Source: Macrostomum hystrix
Taxonomy: Eukaryota; Animalia; Platyhelminthes
Direction: 5' to 3'
Assembly (NCBI GenBank): GCA_950097015.1
Contig: CATNEN010000001.1
Span: 25,296,001 to 25,360,000 of the forward strand
Length of the DNA stretch: 64,000 bases
Shown one piece after another: positions 11,431-24,000 of the stretch (its first letter is position 1; each line of letters begins with the position of its first letter). The notes beneath the pieces were generated by a model. The model saw only the letters and a list, made by a program, of their open reading frames with translations. It searched no databases and was not told where the DNA came from. Both the position numbers and the translations under genes were made by a program.

Positions 11431-13101
11431 GTAAAGTGTGTATTGGGAATTACAGTGTTGTGAAGTGTCTGTTGTAAAGTGTGTATTGGGAATTACAGTG
11501 TTGTGAAGTGTCTGTTGTAAAGTGTGTATTGGGAATTACAGTGTTGTGAAGTGTCTGTTGTAAAGTGTGTATTGGGAATTACAGTGTTGTGAAGTGTCTG
11601 TTGTAAAGTGTGTATTGGGAATTACAGTGTTGTGAAGTGTCTGTTGTAAAGTGTGTATTGGGAATTACAGTGTTGTGAAGTGTCTGTTGTAAAGTGTGTA
11701 TTGGGAATTACAGTGTTGTGAAGTGTCTGTTGTAAAGTGTGTATTGGGAATTACAGTGTTGTGAAGTGTCTGTTGTAAAGTGTGTATTGGGAATTACAGT
11801 GTTGTGAAGTGTCTGTTGTAAAGTGTGTATTGGGAATTACAGTGTTGTGAAGTGTCTGTTGTAAAGTGTGTATTGGGAATTACAGTGTTGTGAAGTGTCT
11901 GTTGTAAAGTGTGTATTGGGAATTACAGTGTTGTGAAGTGTCTGTTGTAAAGTGTGTATTGGGAATTACAGTGTTGTGAAGTGTCTGTTGTAAAGTGTGT
12001 ATTGGGAATTACAGTGTTGTGAAGTGTCTGTTGTAAAGTGTGTATTGGGAATTACAGTGTTGTGAAGTGTCTGTTGTAAAGTGTGTATTGGGAATTACAG
12101 TGTTGTGAAGTGTCTGTTGTAAAGTGTGTATTGGGAATTACAGTGTTGTGAAGTGTCTGTTGTAAAGTGTGTATTGGGAATTACAGTGTTGTGAAGTGTC
12201 TGTTGTAAAGTGTGTATTGGGAATTACAGTGTTGTGAAGTGTCTGTTGTAAAGTGTGTATTGGGAATTACAGTGTTGTGAAGTGTCTGTTGTAAAGTGTG
12301 TATTGGGAATTACAGTGTTGTGAAGTGTCTGTTGTAAAGTGTGTATTGGGAATTACAGTGTTGTGAAGTGTCTGTTGTAAAGTGTGTATTGGGAATTACA
12401 GTGTTGTGAAGTGTCTGTTGTAAAGTGTGTATTGGGAATTACAGTGTCGTGAAGTGTCTGTTGTAAAGTGTGTATTGGGAATTACAGTGTTGTGAAGTGT
12501 CTGTTGTAAAGTGTGTATTGGGAATTACAGTGTTGTGAAGTGTCTGTTGTAAAGTGTGTATTGGGAATTACAGTGTCGTGAAGTGTCTGTTGTAAAGTGT
12601 GTATTGGGAATTACAGTGTTGTGAAGTGTCTGTTGTAAAGTGTGTATTGGGAATTACAGTGTTGTGAAGTGTCTGTTGTAAAGTGTGTATTGGGAATTAC
12701 AGTGTTGTGAAGTGTCTGTTGTAAAGTGTGTATTGGGAATTACAGTGTCGTGAAGTGTCTGTTGTAAAGTGTGTATTGGGAATTACAGTGTTGTGAAGTG
12801 TCTGTTGTAAAGTGTGTATTGGGAATTACAGTGTTGTGAAGTGTCTGTTGTAAAGTGTGTATTGGGAATTACAGTGTTGTGAAGTGTCTGTTGTAAAGTG
12901 TGTATTGGGAATTACAGTGTTGTGAAGTGTCTGTTGTAAAGTGTGTATTGGGAATTACAGTGTTGTGAAGTGTCTGTTGTAAAGTGTGTATTGGGAATTA
13001 CAGTGTTGTGAAGTGTCTGTTGTAAAGTGTGTATTGGGAATTACAGTGTTGTGAAGTGTCTGTTGTAAAGTGTGTATTGGGAATTACAGTGTTGTGAAGT
13101 G
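11430..13101. repeat. 43-bp minisatellite (TGAAGTGTCTGTTGTAAAGTGTGTATTGGGAATTACAGTGTTG)n
   Basis: Near-perfect tandem units contiguous with, and apparently derived from, the 16/18-bp array. Confidence 0.97.
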
Positions 13102-13498
13102 TATTCTGTTTTGTGTAGTGCGTATTTTGAAGCTTAGAAGTCCTAAATAGTGAAATTGTGTTCCTGAGAATCGTGCTCAGGGTATTTAACAATTGTTAAT
13201 AACGCACTTGACTCACAATGCGTGAATGAGTGCTCAAAGCTTCAAGCTGCTGAGCAGTCACTGAGCAGTCTGGGTGGCGCCAGAGACCACCACCTTACAA
13301 AAGTTCAATTGATGAAGAATGCCAGTGCTACCTGCTATATTTTGATCACTTCAGGTCAGAAATTAATGGACAATGCTGCATCACACTCCACTGACACAAT
13401 TGGAACCGGAATCCAAGTTTATAAATAGTTTTCAGAAAAGTAGAACTAAGTAAATAAAAAAACTTTCTAATGAAGATTTTCATTTACAAACATATGTA

Positions 13499-13585
13499 GT
13501 TACTTACTTACTTACTTACTTGCTTGCTTGCTTACTTACTCACTTGCTTGCTTACTTACTTACTCACTTGCTTGCTTACTTACTC

Positions 13586-13620
<35 letters not shown>

Positions 13621-13661
13621 CACTTACTCACTTACTTACTCACTTACTTACTTACTTACTC

Positions 13662-13696
<35 letters not shown>

Positions 13697-13697
13697 C

Positions 13698-13744
<47 letters not shown>

Positions 13745-13745
13745 C

Positions 13746-13780
<35 letters not shown>

Positions 13781-13789
13781 CACTTACTC

Positions 13790-13824
<35 letters not shown>

Positions 13825-13865
13825 CACTTACTCACTTACTTACTCACTTACTTACTTACTTACTC

Positions 13866-13900
<35 letters not shown>

Positions 13901-13906
13901 CACTTG

Positions 13907-13953
<47 letters not shown>

Positions 13954-13954
13954 G

Positions 13955-13989
<35 letters not shown>

Positions 13990-14014
13990 GCTTACTTACT
14001 CACTTACTTACTTG

Positions 14015-14049
<35 letters not shown>

Positions 14050-14106
14050 GCTTACTTACTCACTTACTTACTCACTTACTTACTCACTTACTTACTTACT
14101 TACTTG

Positions 14107-14156
<50 letters not shown>

Positions 14157-14162
14157 CACTTG

Positions 14163-14224
<62 letters not shown>

Positions 14225-14233
14225 CACTTACTC

Positions 14234-14264
<31 letters not shown>

Positions 14265-14272
14265 CACTTACT
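13499..14272. repeat. (TTAC)n microsatellite with TCAC/TTGC variants
   Basis: Direct reading; source of the LLTY pseudo-ORFs. Confidence 0.98.
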
Positions 14273-14399
14273 TGTTTCGCTTCGTGGCAGCTTACTAATG
14301 TCTATAATTATAGCTAGCTGTCTAGCCTATGTTTTCCATCACACTACAAGCTACAAGCTTAGTTTACAGAGATAGCTACAAGGCTTAAGCAGCTCGGGC

Positions 14400-14641
14400 G
14401 GTCACTTTCTCAGCAAACGCAGCAGCAGCAGCAGCAGCAGCCAATCGCAGGCCACTTCGCGTCTACCGCAGCTCCGACTTGTCCTTTTCAGTTGCCAGTT
14501 GCCGCAGCCGCCACCGCCGCCGCTGCTGCTGCTGCTGCCGGGGATATATTTAGACCCGTTGCTGCAGTTTCTCGGTTAAGCCGCGGCCTGTCACAGTGAA
14601 ATTCGCGACTGGAAATAAGCCTCTTGGAGAATCTGGTGAGT
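14400..14641 (+). promoter_or_regulatory. Candidate promoter / non-coding first exon upstream of the SK channel gene
   Basis: GC-rich island with CAG/CCG triplets, a TATA-like GATATATTTA at ~14543 and a strong donor TG|GTGAGT at 14636. The link to SK is inferred only. Confidence 0.3.
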
Positions 14642-14892
14642 CAGGCCTGCACTTGCTTCCAGAAGAAGATCAGCGCTATGTTTTCCTGTGTTTCACGTTT
14701 TCAACAGCTATTTTGTTGACTCATGCTACTACTCGTAAAACTGCACCGCTGAAAAATAGCATTTCGGGTTTTTTAGCCTACACAAATTTTAAAGACAATT
14801 TCAGATTTTATCTATCTCAACTAAGGCTTTCTTACCCAGACTTTCTCACCTCCGACTTTCTGACCTCTAACTCCCCCCGACGTTCTCACCAG

Positions 14893-16865
14893 TATTTCTC
14901 ACCCCTGTCTTTCTCGCCTCCTGTCTTTCTCGCCTCCTGTCCTTCTCACCCCTGTCTTTCTCACTCCTGTCTTTCTCGCCTCCTGTCTTTCTCACCCCTG
15001 TCTTTCTCACTCCTGTCTTTCTCTCTCCTGCTTTTCTCTCTCCTGTCTTTCTCTCTCCTGTCTTTCTCTCTCCTGTTTTTCTCAACTCTGTCTTTCTCTC
15101 TCCTGTCTTTCTCTCTCCTGTTTTTCTCTCTCCTGTCTTTCTCTCTCCTGTCTTTCTCTCTCCTGTCTTTCTCTCTCCTGTCTTTCTCACCCCTGTCTTT
15201 CTCTCTCCTGTTTTTCTCACTCCTGTCTTTCTCACTCCTGTCTTTCTCACTCCTGTCTTTCTCGCCTCCTGTCTTTCTCACTCCTGTCTTTCTCGCCTCC
15301 TGTCTTTCTCACCCCTGTCTTTCTCACTCCTGTCTTTCTCTCTCCTGTTTTTCTCTCTCCTGTCTTTCTCTCTCCTGTCTTTCTCTCTCCTGTCTTTCTC
15401 TCTCCTGTCTTTCTCTCTCCTGTTTTTCTCTCTCCTGTTTTTCTCTCTCCTGTCTTTCTCTCTCCTGTCTTTCTCTCTCCTGTCTTTCTCTCTCCTGTTT
15501 TTCTCTCTCCTGTCTTTCTCTCTCCTGTCTTTCTCTCTCCTGTCTTTCTCTCTCCTGTTTTTCTCTCTCCTGTCTTTCTCTCTCCTGTCTTTCTCTCTCC
15601 TGTCTTTCTCTCTCCTGTCTTTCTCTCTCCTGTCTTTCTCGCCTCCTGTCTTTCTCGCCTCCTGTCTTTCTCGCCTCCTGTCTTTCTCGCCTCCTGTCTT
15701 TCTCGCCTCTGTCTTTCTCTCTCCTGTTTTTCTCTCTCCTGTTTTTCTCACCCCTGTCTTTCTCACTCCTGTCTTTCTCGCCTCCTGTCTTTCTCGCCTC
15801 CTGTCTTTCTCGCCTCCTGTCTTTCTCGCCTCCTGTCTTTCTCGCCTCCTGTCTTTCTCACTCCTGTCTTTCTCACCCCTGTCTTTCTCACTCCTGTCTT
15901 TCACCCCTGTCTTTCTCACTCCTGTCTTTCTCACTCTGTCTTTCTCACTCCTGTCTTTCTCAACTCTGTCTTTCTCTCTCCTGTCTTTCTCTCTCCTGTT
16001 TTTCTCACTCCTGTCTTTCTCGCCTCCTGTCTTTCTCACCCCTGTCTTTCTCACTCCTGTCTTTCTCGCCTCCTGTCTTTCTCACCCCTGTCTTTCTCAC
16101 TCCTGTCTTTCTCTCTCCTGTTTTTCTCTCTCCTGTTTTTCTCTCTCCTGTCTTTCTCTCTCCTGTCTTTCTCTCTCCTGTCTTTCTCTCTCCTGTCTTT
16201 CTCTCTCCTGTCTTTCTCTCTCCTGTTTTTCTCTCTCCTGTTTTTCTCTCTCCTGTCTTTCTCTCTCCTGTCTTTCTCTCTCCTGTTTTTCTCACCCCTG
16301 TCTTTCTCTCTCCTGTTTTTCTCGCCTCCTGTCTTTCTCGCCTCCTGTCTTTCTCGCCTCCTGTCTTTCTCGCCTCTGTCTTTCTCTCTCCTGTTTTTCT
16401 CTCTCCTGTTTTTCTCACCCCTGTCTTTCTCACTCCTGTCTTTCTCGCCTCCTGTCTTTCTCGCCTCCTGTCTTTCTCGCCTCCTGTCTTTCTCGCCTCC
16501 TGTCTTTCTCGCCTCCTGTCTTTCTCACTCCTGTCTTTCTCACCCCTGTCTTTCTCACTCCTGTCTTTCACCCCTGTCTTTCTCACTCCTGTCTTTCTCA
16601 CTCTGTCTTTCTCACTCTTGTCTTTCTCAACTCTGTCTTTCTCTCTCCTGTCTTTCTCTCTCCTGTTTTTCTCACTCCTGTCTTTCTCACCCCTGTCTTT
16701 CTCTCTCCTGTTTTTCTCGCCTCCTGTCTTTCTCGCCTCCTGTCTTTCTCGCCTCCTGTCTTTCTCGCCTCCTGTCCTTCTTACCCTGTCTTTCTCACCC
16801 CTGTCTTTCTCACTCCTGTCTTTCTCACCCCTGTCTTCCTCTCTCCTGTCTTTCTCACCCCTGCT
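14893..16865. repeat. 15/16-bp polypyrimidine minisatellite (TCTTTCTCTCTCCTG / TCTTTCTCGCCTCCTG)n
   Basis: Direct reading. Confidence 0.97.
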
Positions 16866-17788
16866 CTTTTCACACACCCAGGAAAAGACCTATTCTGTTT
16901 AGATACATTTAGTTTATTTACTTCAATATTATTTGATCAGGGCAAAATGAAACAGGGAAAACGGCGAGCGAAGTAGCTCTTAGACAATCAAAAATCTAAT
17001 TTTAAGCACCGATTTACGGTCGTATAATAGAAAAATGGCTGATCAAAGAACACAACACAAAGAAATAAATTATAGAAACAGAAAACACAGTCCCAAACAA
17101 ATTGATAGATAAATAGAATATTGAGGAGGTTGGTGTATCGATGGCTTGTAGCAGCAGCAGCAGCTTTGTCTACTGCTCCGAAACCGGCAGGGTCCAGGTC
17201 CCGCCCCGAGGCTGCCGGGCCTCACAAAAAGCTCCCCAGCAGCTGCCACCTCCCCCCGACCTACCCCTCCGACCCTCTCCGATCCTTTGAGATCGAAGAC
17301 TCGAAGGCACTGCCTGGCAACGGATGGCGATGATGAGGCCTGAGGTGGAACTGGCCCGTCCCTCACACACACACGGGCCTCTCCACCCTGACACTGTCCA
17401 GTTTTGCATAGTTCTCTGAAACAGGGCACGGAGGCCGGGATCTGCATGCATAATATCGCTGCTGCTGCTGCCGATGCTGCTGCCAAGGGAGGGGCGAATG
17501 AATTTTTCTGTTAATCTCGCATCGACTGGTCCGCACAAAATACTGCTAACGGAGCACAGAGAGAGGCAGAGAAACAGAGAAGAGTCCCACGCAAAACATA
17601 TCGCCCCCTTCCCTCGCCAGAGAAGTCTCTGTATGCCTGATTTTTCTTTTCATCTGGAAAATTCTCTGCAAAGGGCGTGAATTTGGCGAATTTCGGCCCG
17701 CGAAGATCCGCGATTTGATGCCGGCCGCCAAAGCAGCTGGCTTAATGATAAATCACTTTGGGCGATAAAGTACAGGTGGGTGGATAAG

Positions 17789-17828
<40 letters not shown>

Positions 17829-17846
17829 AAGATAGATAGATAGATA
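17789..17846. repeat. (GATA)n microsatellite
   Basis: Direct reading. Confidence 0.95.
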
Positions 17847-18419
17847 GGCAGGTAGCACAAGTAGGCAGTCCCACTACGGCCTTGATCCCTGTGCAGCATC
17901 GAATTCGCAGTGAAATGGCGGCTGATCCCATCCTCATTATTGCCAGTGAGTCGCTACTCTGGCTCCTTCTGGCCTCCTCCAATTTCAGAAGCTGCGGGGT
18001 CGCCCTACGCCTCCACCCCCTCCAGTCCCGATGCATTTCGCCAAAGCCAGCGTCAAATAACACCGTCTTCTAGTAGAATATGCTTTTTCCGAGCTCCCCC
18101 ATCTTCCCCTCGTCTCCCTGTCTAGCGGGGGATCAGCCGCAGGCCCTCTAGGGCAATCAGGCTAATGGCTCCGGGGCCATCCGAACTCCCAAATCCCCTT
18201 CTGGCTGGCCTGCCGTCTATTAAAGAAATGCCGTGCACAGACGAGACCAAATCCTCACGGACATCTGGGCCAAAGGGAGACTCGACAAAGGAGGCTGAGG
18301 GCCGGTATGAGAAATTCTACACAGCATTTACCTGCTGAGCCGCAGGCATCGCAAGGAAACTCGAGGCTGGGCACGATGGGCTAAACAGAAGCTGCAGGTG
18401 AAATTGAAATGCTCACTTG

Positions 18420-19422
18420 ACCTGAACTCACCTGAACTATTCTGTCATGACCTGAACAATTCTGTCGTAGCCTGAACTATTTTGTCATATCATAAACAAT
18501 TCTGTCATATCCTGAACAATTCTGTCATATCCTGAACAATTCTGTCATATCCTGAACAATTCTGTCATAGCCTGAACAATTCTGTCATGTCCTGAACAAT
18601 TCTGTCATAGCCTGAACAATTCTGTCATAGCCTGAACAATTCTGTCATATCCTGAACAATTCTGTCATGACCTGAACAATTCTGTCATGACCTGAACTAT
18701 TCTGTCGTAGCCTGAACTATTTTGTCATATGCTGAACAATTCTGTCATAGCCTGAACAATTCTGTCATAGCCTGAACAATTCTGTCATAGCCTGAACAAT
18801 TCTGTCATAGCCTGAACAATTCTGTCATATCCTGAACAATTCTGTCATATCCTGAACAATTCTGTCATGTCCTGAACAATTCTGTCATGTCCTGAACAAT
18901 TCTGTCATGTCCTGAACAATTCTGTCATGTCCTGAACAATTCTGTCATAGCCTGAACAATTCTGTCATAGCCTGAACAATTCTGTCATAGCCTGAACAAT
19001 TCTGTCATGTCCTGAACAATTCTGTCATAGCCTGAACAATTCTGTCATAGCCTGAACAATTCTGTCATAGCCTGAACAATTCTGTCATATCCTGAACAAT
19101 TCTGTCATATCCTGAACAATTCTGTCATATCCTGAACAATTCTGTCATATCCTGAACAATTCTGTCATAGCCTGAACAATTCTGTCATAGCCTGAACAAT
19201 TCTGTCATAGCCTGAACAATTCTGTCATAGCCTGAACAATTCTGTCATAGCCTGAACAATTCTGTCATATCCTGAACAATTCTGTCATATCCTGAACAAT
19301 TCTGTCATAGCCTGAACAATTCTGTCATATCCTGAACAATTCTGTCATATCCTGAACAATTCTGTCATAGCCTGAACAATTCTGTCATAGCCTGAACAAT
19401 TCTGTCATAGCCGGAACAATTC
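18420..19422. repeat. 20-bp minisatellite (CCTGAACAATTCTGTCATAG/T)n
   Basis: About 50 units in exact 20-bp register. Confidence 0.98.
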
Positions 19423-21061
19423 TCTTGCGGCTTATTATGACAAGCTGACAGCTACAAAAGTCGAATACTCGAAACCAGTGCTCAGTAAAATTTTATCTAA
19501 CACACCTGGAACACTGACACAATGATCAGTAATCTGACTCTAAGTTAAGATTCTCGGGAAAAGTAACGACTATAATCCGTTTGGACAAATACTTTTGTAG
19601 CCATTTCCCCCAGGCCTCAAAACCTCAAACATCCCCTAGAAAGGAAACGCGAAGCTATTTGTAAATCAGGCAAATAATCCCATATTTCTCTTTGAAATGG
19701 CCTATGAAAACAGGAGATCCCATCTTGCTGGGGCATGATGCCAGAACAGAGACCTGACAAGCCTCATAAACTGTTGCCAAGGCGGAACAGGCCAGGCGAG
19801 GCCTATTTTGCTGCTTTTGATGCCGCTGTTTCCTAAAGAAATGCCGAGAAGGAGAGGCAGAGGCCGACAACCCTAGTCATAAATAAGAGCCTCACTTTGC
19901 AAAAGTACATTCGGTCTCGTGTTCCCAAATGGGTGAGACAGGGATCCAGTGAGTGCGGGATCCATCTAATTACTGGCCGAGGCATGCGTTTTCTTAGAAA
20001 ACTCTGCGAGCTTTCCTGGAACGGATGGTCCACTTTGAATTCCGTCGCTAGTGACTCTTCAGTTCGATTTTTAAAGCTGTTTCTAAAAGCACCAACGTAA
20101 CTGACCCTTTAAACAAAAAAGAATATTTAAACAAAAGCGTTCGCTAACATAACAACTTTTCTCTAGATTTACAGTTACAAGAATGAAATTAGCAATAAAA
20201 GCAGAATTTTGTAACAAAAAATGCAATATAGACTACTGGGCAGTGTGAGCAGTAGCATAGGAAGCATATGTGACAATTTTTTTCGTTTTTTATTATCCTA
20301 GCGGGCAAATATTTGGCATTTGTTATGCTTTATTATAAGGCTTTGTAGCATCTTCAAATTGCCTCTGTGTCTGTTTGAGTCGCATCAGCTGATCTCAAAG
20401 CAGTGTGGATTTATTGCCCCTAGGAGACTCCAGCTCCAGTCAATTGAGTGCCGCCCGTGTTTACAGATCATGAGCTCAGTGGCATCGGCGGGGGAGCAAA
20501 TATTTGACCCGCCATAGCAACCAACTTATTAATTAAATGTTCTGCCACTCACCCAGATGGCTTGATGCCCCAGATTAATAATAGCTGACAAGATACGTAG
20601 GAGATTAAATAACGGATCACTGCGCACCCGTCCCATGCGCTTCAAGCACGTGTGATTTGAACCCGGGAGCAGTTGGGAGACTCAGTGTGAGTGCAGGTAA
20701 GCTTATATTCTCGATTTCGACTTTCATTTCCGCTGCACGAAAAAATCATAGATTTGAAGTTGAATGTATTTTTCACATTGAATAAACAAAACTATCAAAC
20801 TCGGAGAAAAATCTAGAAAAAACGGTCGGGCCATTGTGCCTGCTGCGCCATTGTGTTCTAGCCATTATCTAAAATAGATAATCCAGCTCAGAAATACTCA
20901 GCTGCATGCTGATCCCGCCCTGATGATGGGAAACACAGAGCTCACAAACTCTCCAGTACAGGGAGTGGCTGGCGGGGTGGGCAGGACCTCACGGCGGTGC
21001 GCCCACCCCACCACTCCCACAGGGCAGAGGCAGCCAACCCCAGCGCCAGCCACCCCGGACC

Positions 21062-24000
21062 ATGGCAGCCTTCTGGCCAGGAACGAAAGCGGGCCCGACC
21101 AATCTGCTGAAGACGCCGCGGCAGTCAGCTGCGGAGGAAGATACTCTGCGGCATATAAGGCTGGTGCCCATTGTCGCTGTACAGCAGCAGCAGCAGCAGC
21201 AGCAGCAGCTAAACATCCTTCCAGAGGTCCGGCTGCCACCACAGTTACCGCAGCCGCTACAGCCACAGCAGCAGCAGCAGCTGGCACAGCCGAGTCTCAG
21301 ACAGTCGCGCAGCTCGGCCTACAGACAGCAGTGCCGCGGCTGCTCCAGCTGCCAATGCAAGTGCCGCCTCATCAGGCCGAAAGCGCAGCAACGCACGGCC
21401 GGCAAGTCGGCTTCCATGGAAGTACTGCTCGAGGAGAATCCAACTGAAGCGCACGATTTCTCCTATCTGGGCGGCGTCGAGCTCACTGCGGCGATGTCCT
21501 TCGATAGGGGCACCAAAGCGGCGGCCGCAGCCAGCGGCAACGTCGGTGGCGGTGTTGCGACCTCGGCCACAGCCGCGGCGGGTAGCGGAGGCGTCATTAG
21601 CGTCGGCGTCAGCGGGCCCGGCGTTCCGGTGTCCTCATCCGGCGACCTGCGCCAATTCCGCCACCAGCAGCAGCGCATTGGGGCCCTGACAAAAACACCG
21701 CGGCAGCGCAGCGTCACCACCGAGTGCGGCAGCTCCGTCAAACCCGGTGACCGACTCGAAGAAGACGACGCTCTGATGGGCCACCGGCGACACAGCGACA
21801 CGATGATCAACGAGAGCGGAGGTAACGAGCATCATCATCACCACCACCACCACCACCACCACTGCTGCGCTCGCCGGACCGAGCGGTCCTCGGACGCCTC
21901 GCGCAGTCGCAGCGGCCTCACCGACGTCGGCGCGGACTTCATGCGAGTGAACGGCGCCATCTCCGGCTTCAGACAGTTGAAGCGCGTCCAGGCCCTGTCC
22001 AGCCGAGGCTCCTCCTGCGAAGAGGACAACCGGACCAAGCAGCCGCAGCAGCTGCAGCATCAGTCATCCGCTTCGCACCAATCGCAGCACCAGCTGCAGC
22101 AGCAGGGGTCCCAGCAGAGCCAGCAGCAGTTGCCGCAAGATCCGGACGCAGCGGCCTCCCTAATTGGCAACGCGGCTGTCAACGACTACCTTCAGGGCGA
22201 TCCGACCACCGGCCTGAACCAGTCGCCGAGGCACAGTCGGAACGTGGGCTACCGGCTGGGCAGAAGGCGGCAGCTCTACGAGAAGCGCAAGCGGCTGTCG
22301 GACTATGCCCTGGCGTTCGGCATGTTCGGCATCATCATCATGATTATTGAAACTGAGCTCACCATGGCCAAGCAGTACACAAAGGTAGGTGGACTGCTCA
22401 ATAGCCTTACCTCGATGATTCAATTGTGCACTTCAACGCACATTATCTGTTTATTATTTGATTGTTTTGTGAGTTTAGCTAGTAGGGTGTTGAGGGTGTC
22501 CTCTCGCACCAAGGTCCCATTTATTTGGGGCGCAGCGGCGGAGAGAAGGCTTGAGGGCTTGTCGTGCAATTCGCACCCTTGAGGGCCAACCTCCAAGGCA
22601 CAGTGAGAGTGTACACTGCCTGAAGATGAGAAAGTCAGGGCAGATGTACACACCTGTGTGAGCGTTTGCCTGCATACGGTATCTGTGTGCGTGTGTGCTC
22701 AGCAGAGCGTCATTCTGTCAGCAGAGCATCAGGGGGTCGGTGGCAGAGCGTTATCGCGTCTGCTCTGCTCGCGTCACGTTAGACTGCTCTGCCACTGACC
22801 CTCCAGCTTCTAAGCATAATTAGTGATTAATTATCTATGGGGCATGTACATCTGAGCTGCTACTGCTTCCCCAGGGGCAGTGCCACCGAATCCCAGGCCT
22901 CCGCGAGCTGCCGAAATGTCCGGATTTTCAATTTGGCCACAAACTCAAATTTCGCTACTATTTCCGCTACTGAAGGATTTTTATCAAATTACTCGATCTA
23001 GATGGGAATTAGGCGCCGATTCTTTCTAAGAATCCTGGTCGGAAAATGTACTCATAATGGGCGCTCTGGAACTGAGCTTGCAGCCAAACAACACTCGAAA
23101 TAATTGAAAATTCGGAATCCGTCTGCGCTGACCTAGACAGGCGGGGAGACGCAGGTGGGGGATATTAGTCCCGTTTTAAACAGAATGGGATCATCGAGTC
23201 ACACACGAGACGGACCAGTCGACAGAGCGGACACAGAAAAACATTTTCTAGTACGGACCACGAGAACAGAGAAAGCGTTTCAGCTTTTCAGCAAAAAATA
23301 ATGCTTCATCTCTGCTAAATAATGCAGCACATTGGGGGGCGCCATAATCAGGACTCAGCCGACCGGGGGAGACTCTCGCAACGGATGCGCTGGGCAAGAG
23401 GAAAATTTCCCTGGGGATTCTTCGAGCTCTAGGACGACCTGACAGAGATAGTGGAGAGAATGGAGCAGTTAGAAGGGCTGAAGAAAAACTAAAGAGCACT
23501 TTTTGGAAAATGAAGAAGCTCGGAGACCTTCTTCAGCCTGAGGGAGGACATTGGGCCCAATGCCGCTGGAAAGAGAGAATGCAAGATGAAGGGATTGTGA
23601 ATAAGAATGCTCCAAATTATTTTGGAGAGAGAGGCTCTGGCAAATAATGAGAAGCAGTTAGGAAGATAAAGTGTCCCCGCTATGGAGAAGAGAGAGAGCT
23701 AAGCTGTGCCAAATTAGATATTGGATCTGAGTCTCCGGAGTCACTTAGAGTTGAGTAACTGGCAGTAAACCCGCAGCCATCGAGGAGATCAGCCATTGAG
23801 CACTGAGCGCACTGAGCACACACGCTCTCAGAGATTGTACATGCAGCGGTGGACATATGCCCTGACTTTCTCATTGTCAGGCAGTTGTACACACTCACAG
23901 ACTCGGAGCATTCGCCCAGAGCATTCCCTGGACCTTGGAGCGAGACGCGTTTAGTGCTCACCCCCAAATAAGTAAATAGGTAAATAAGTATAAGTAAGCA

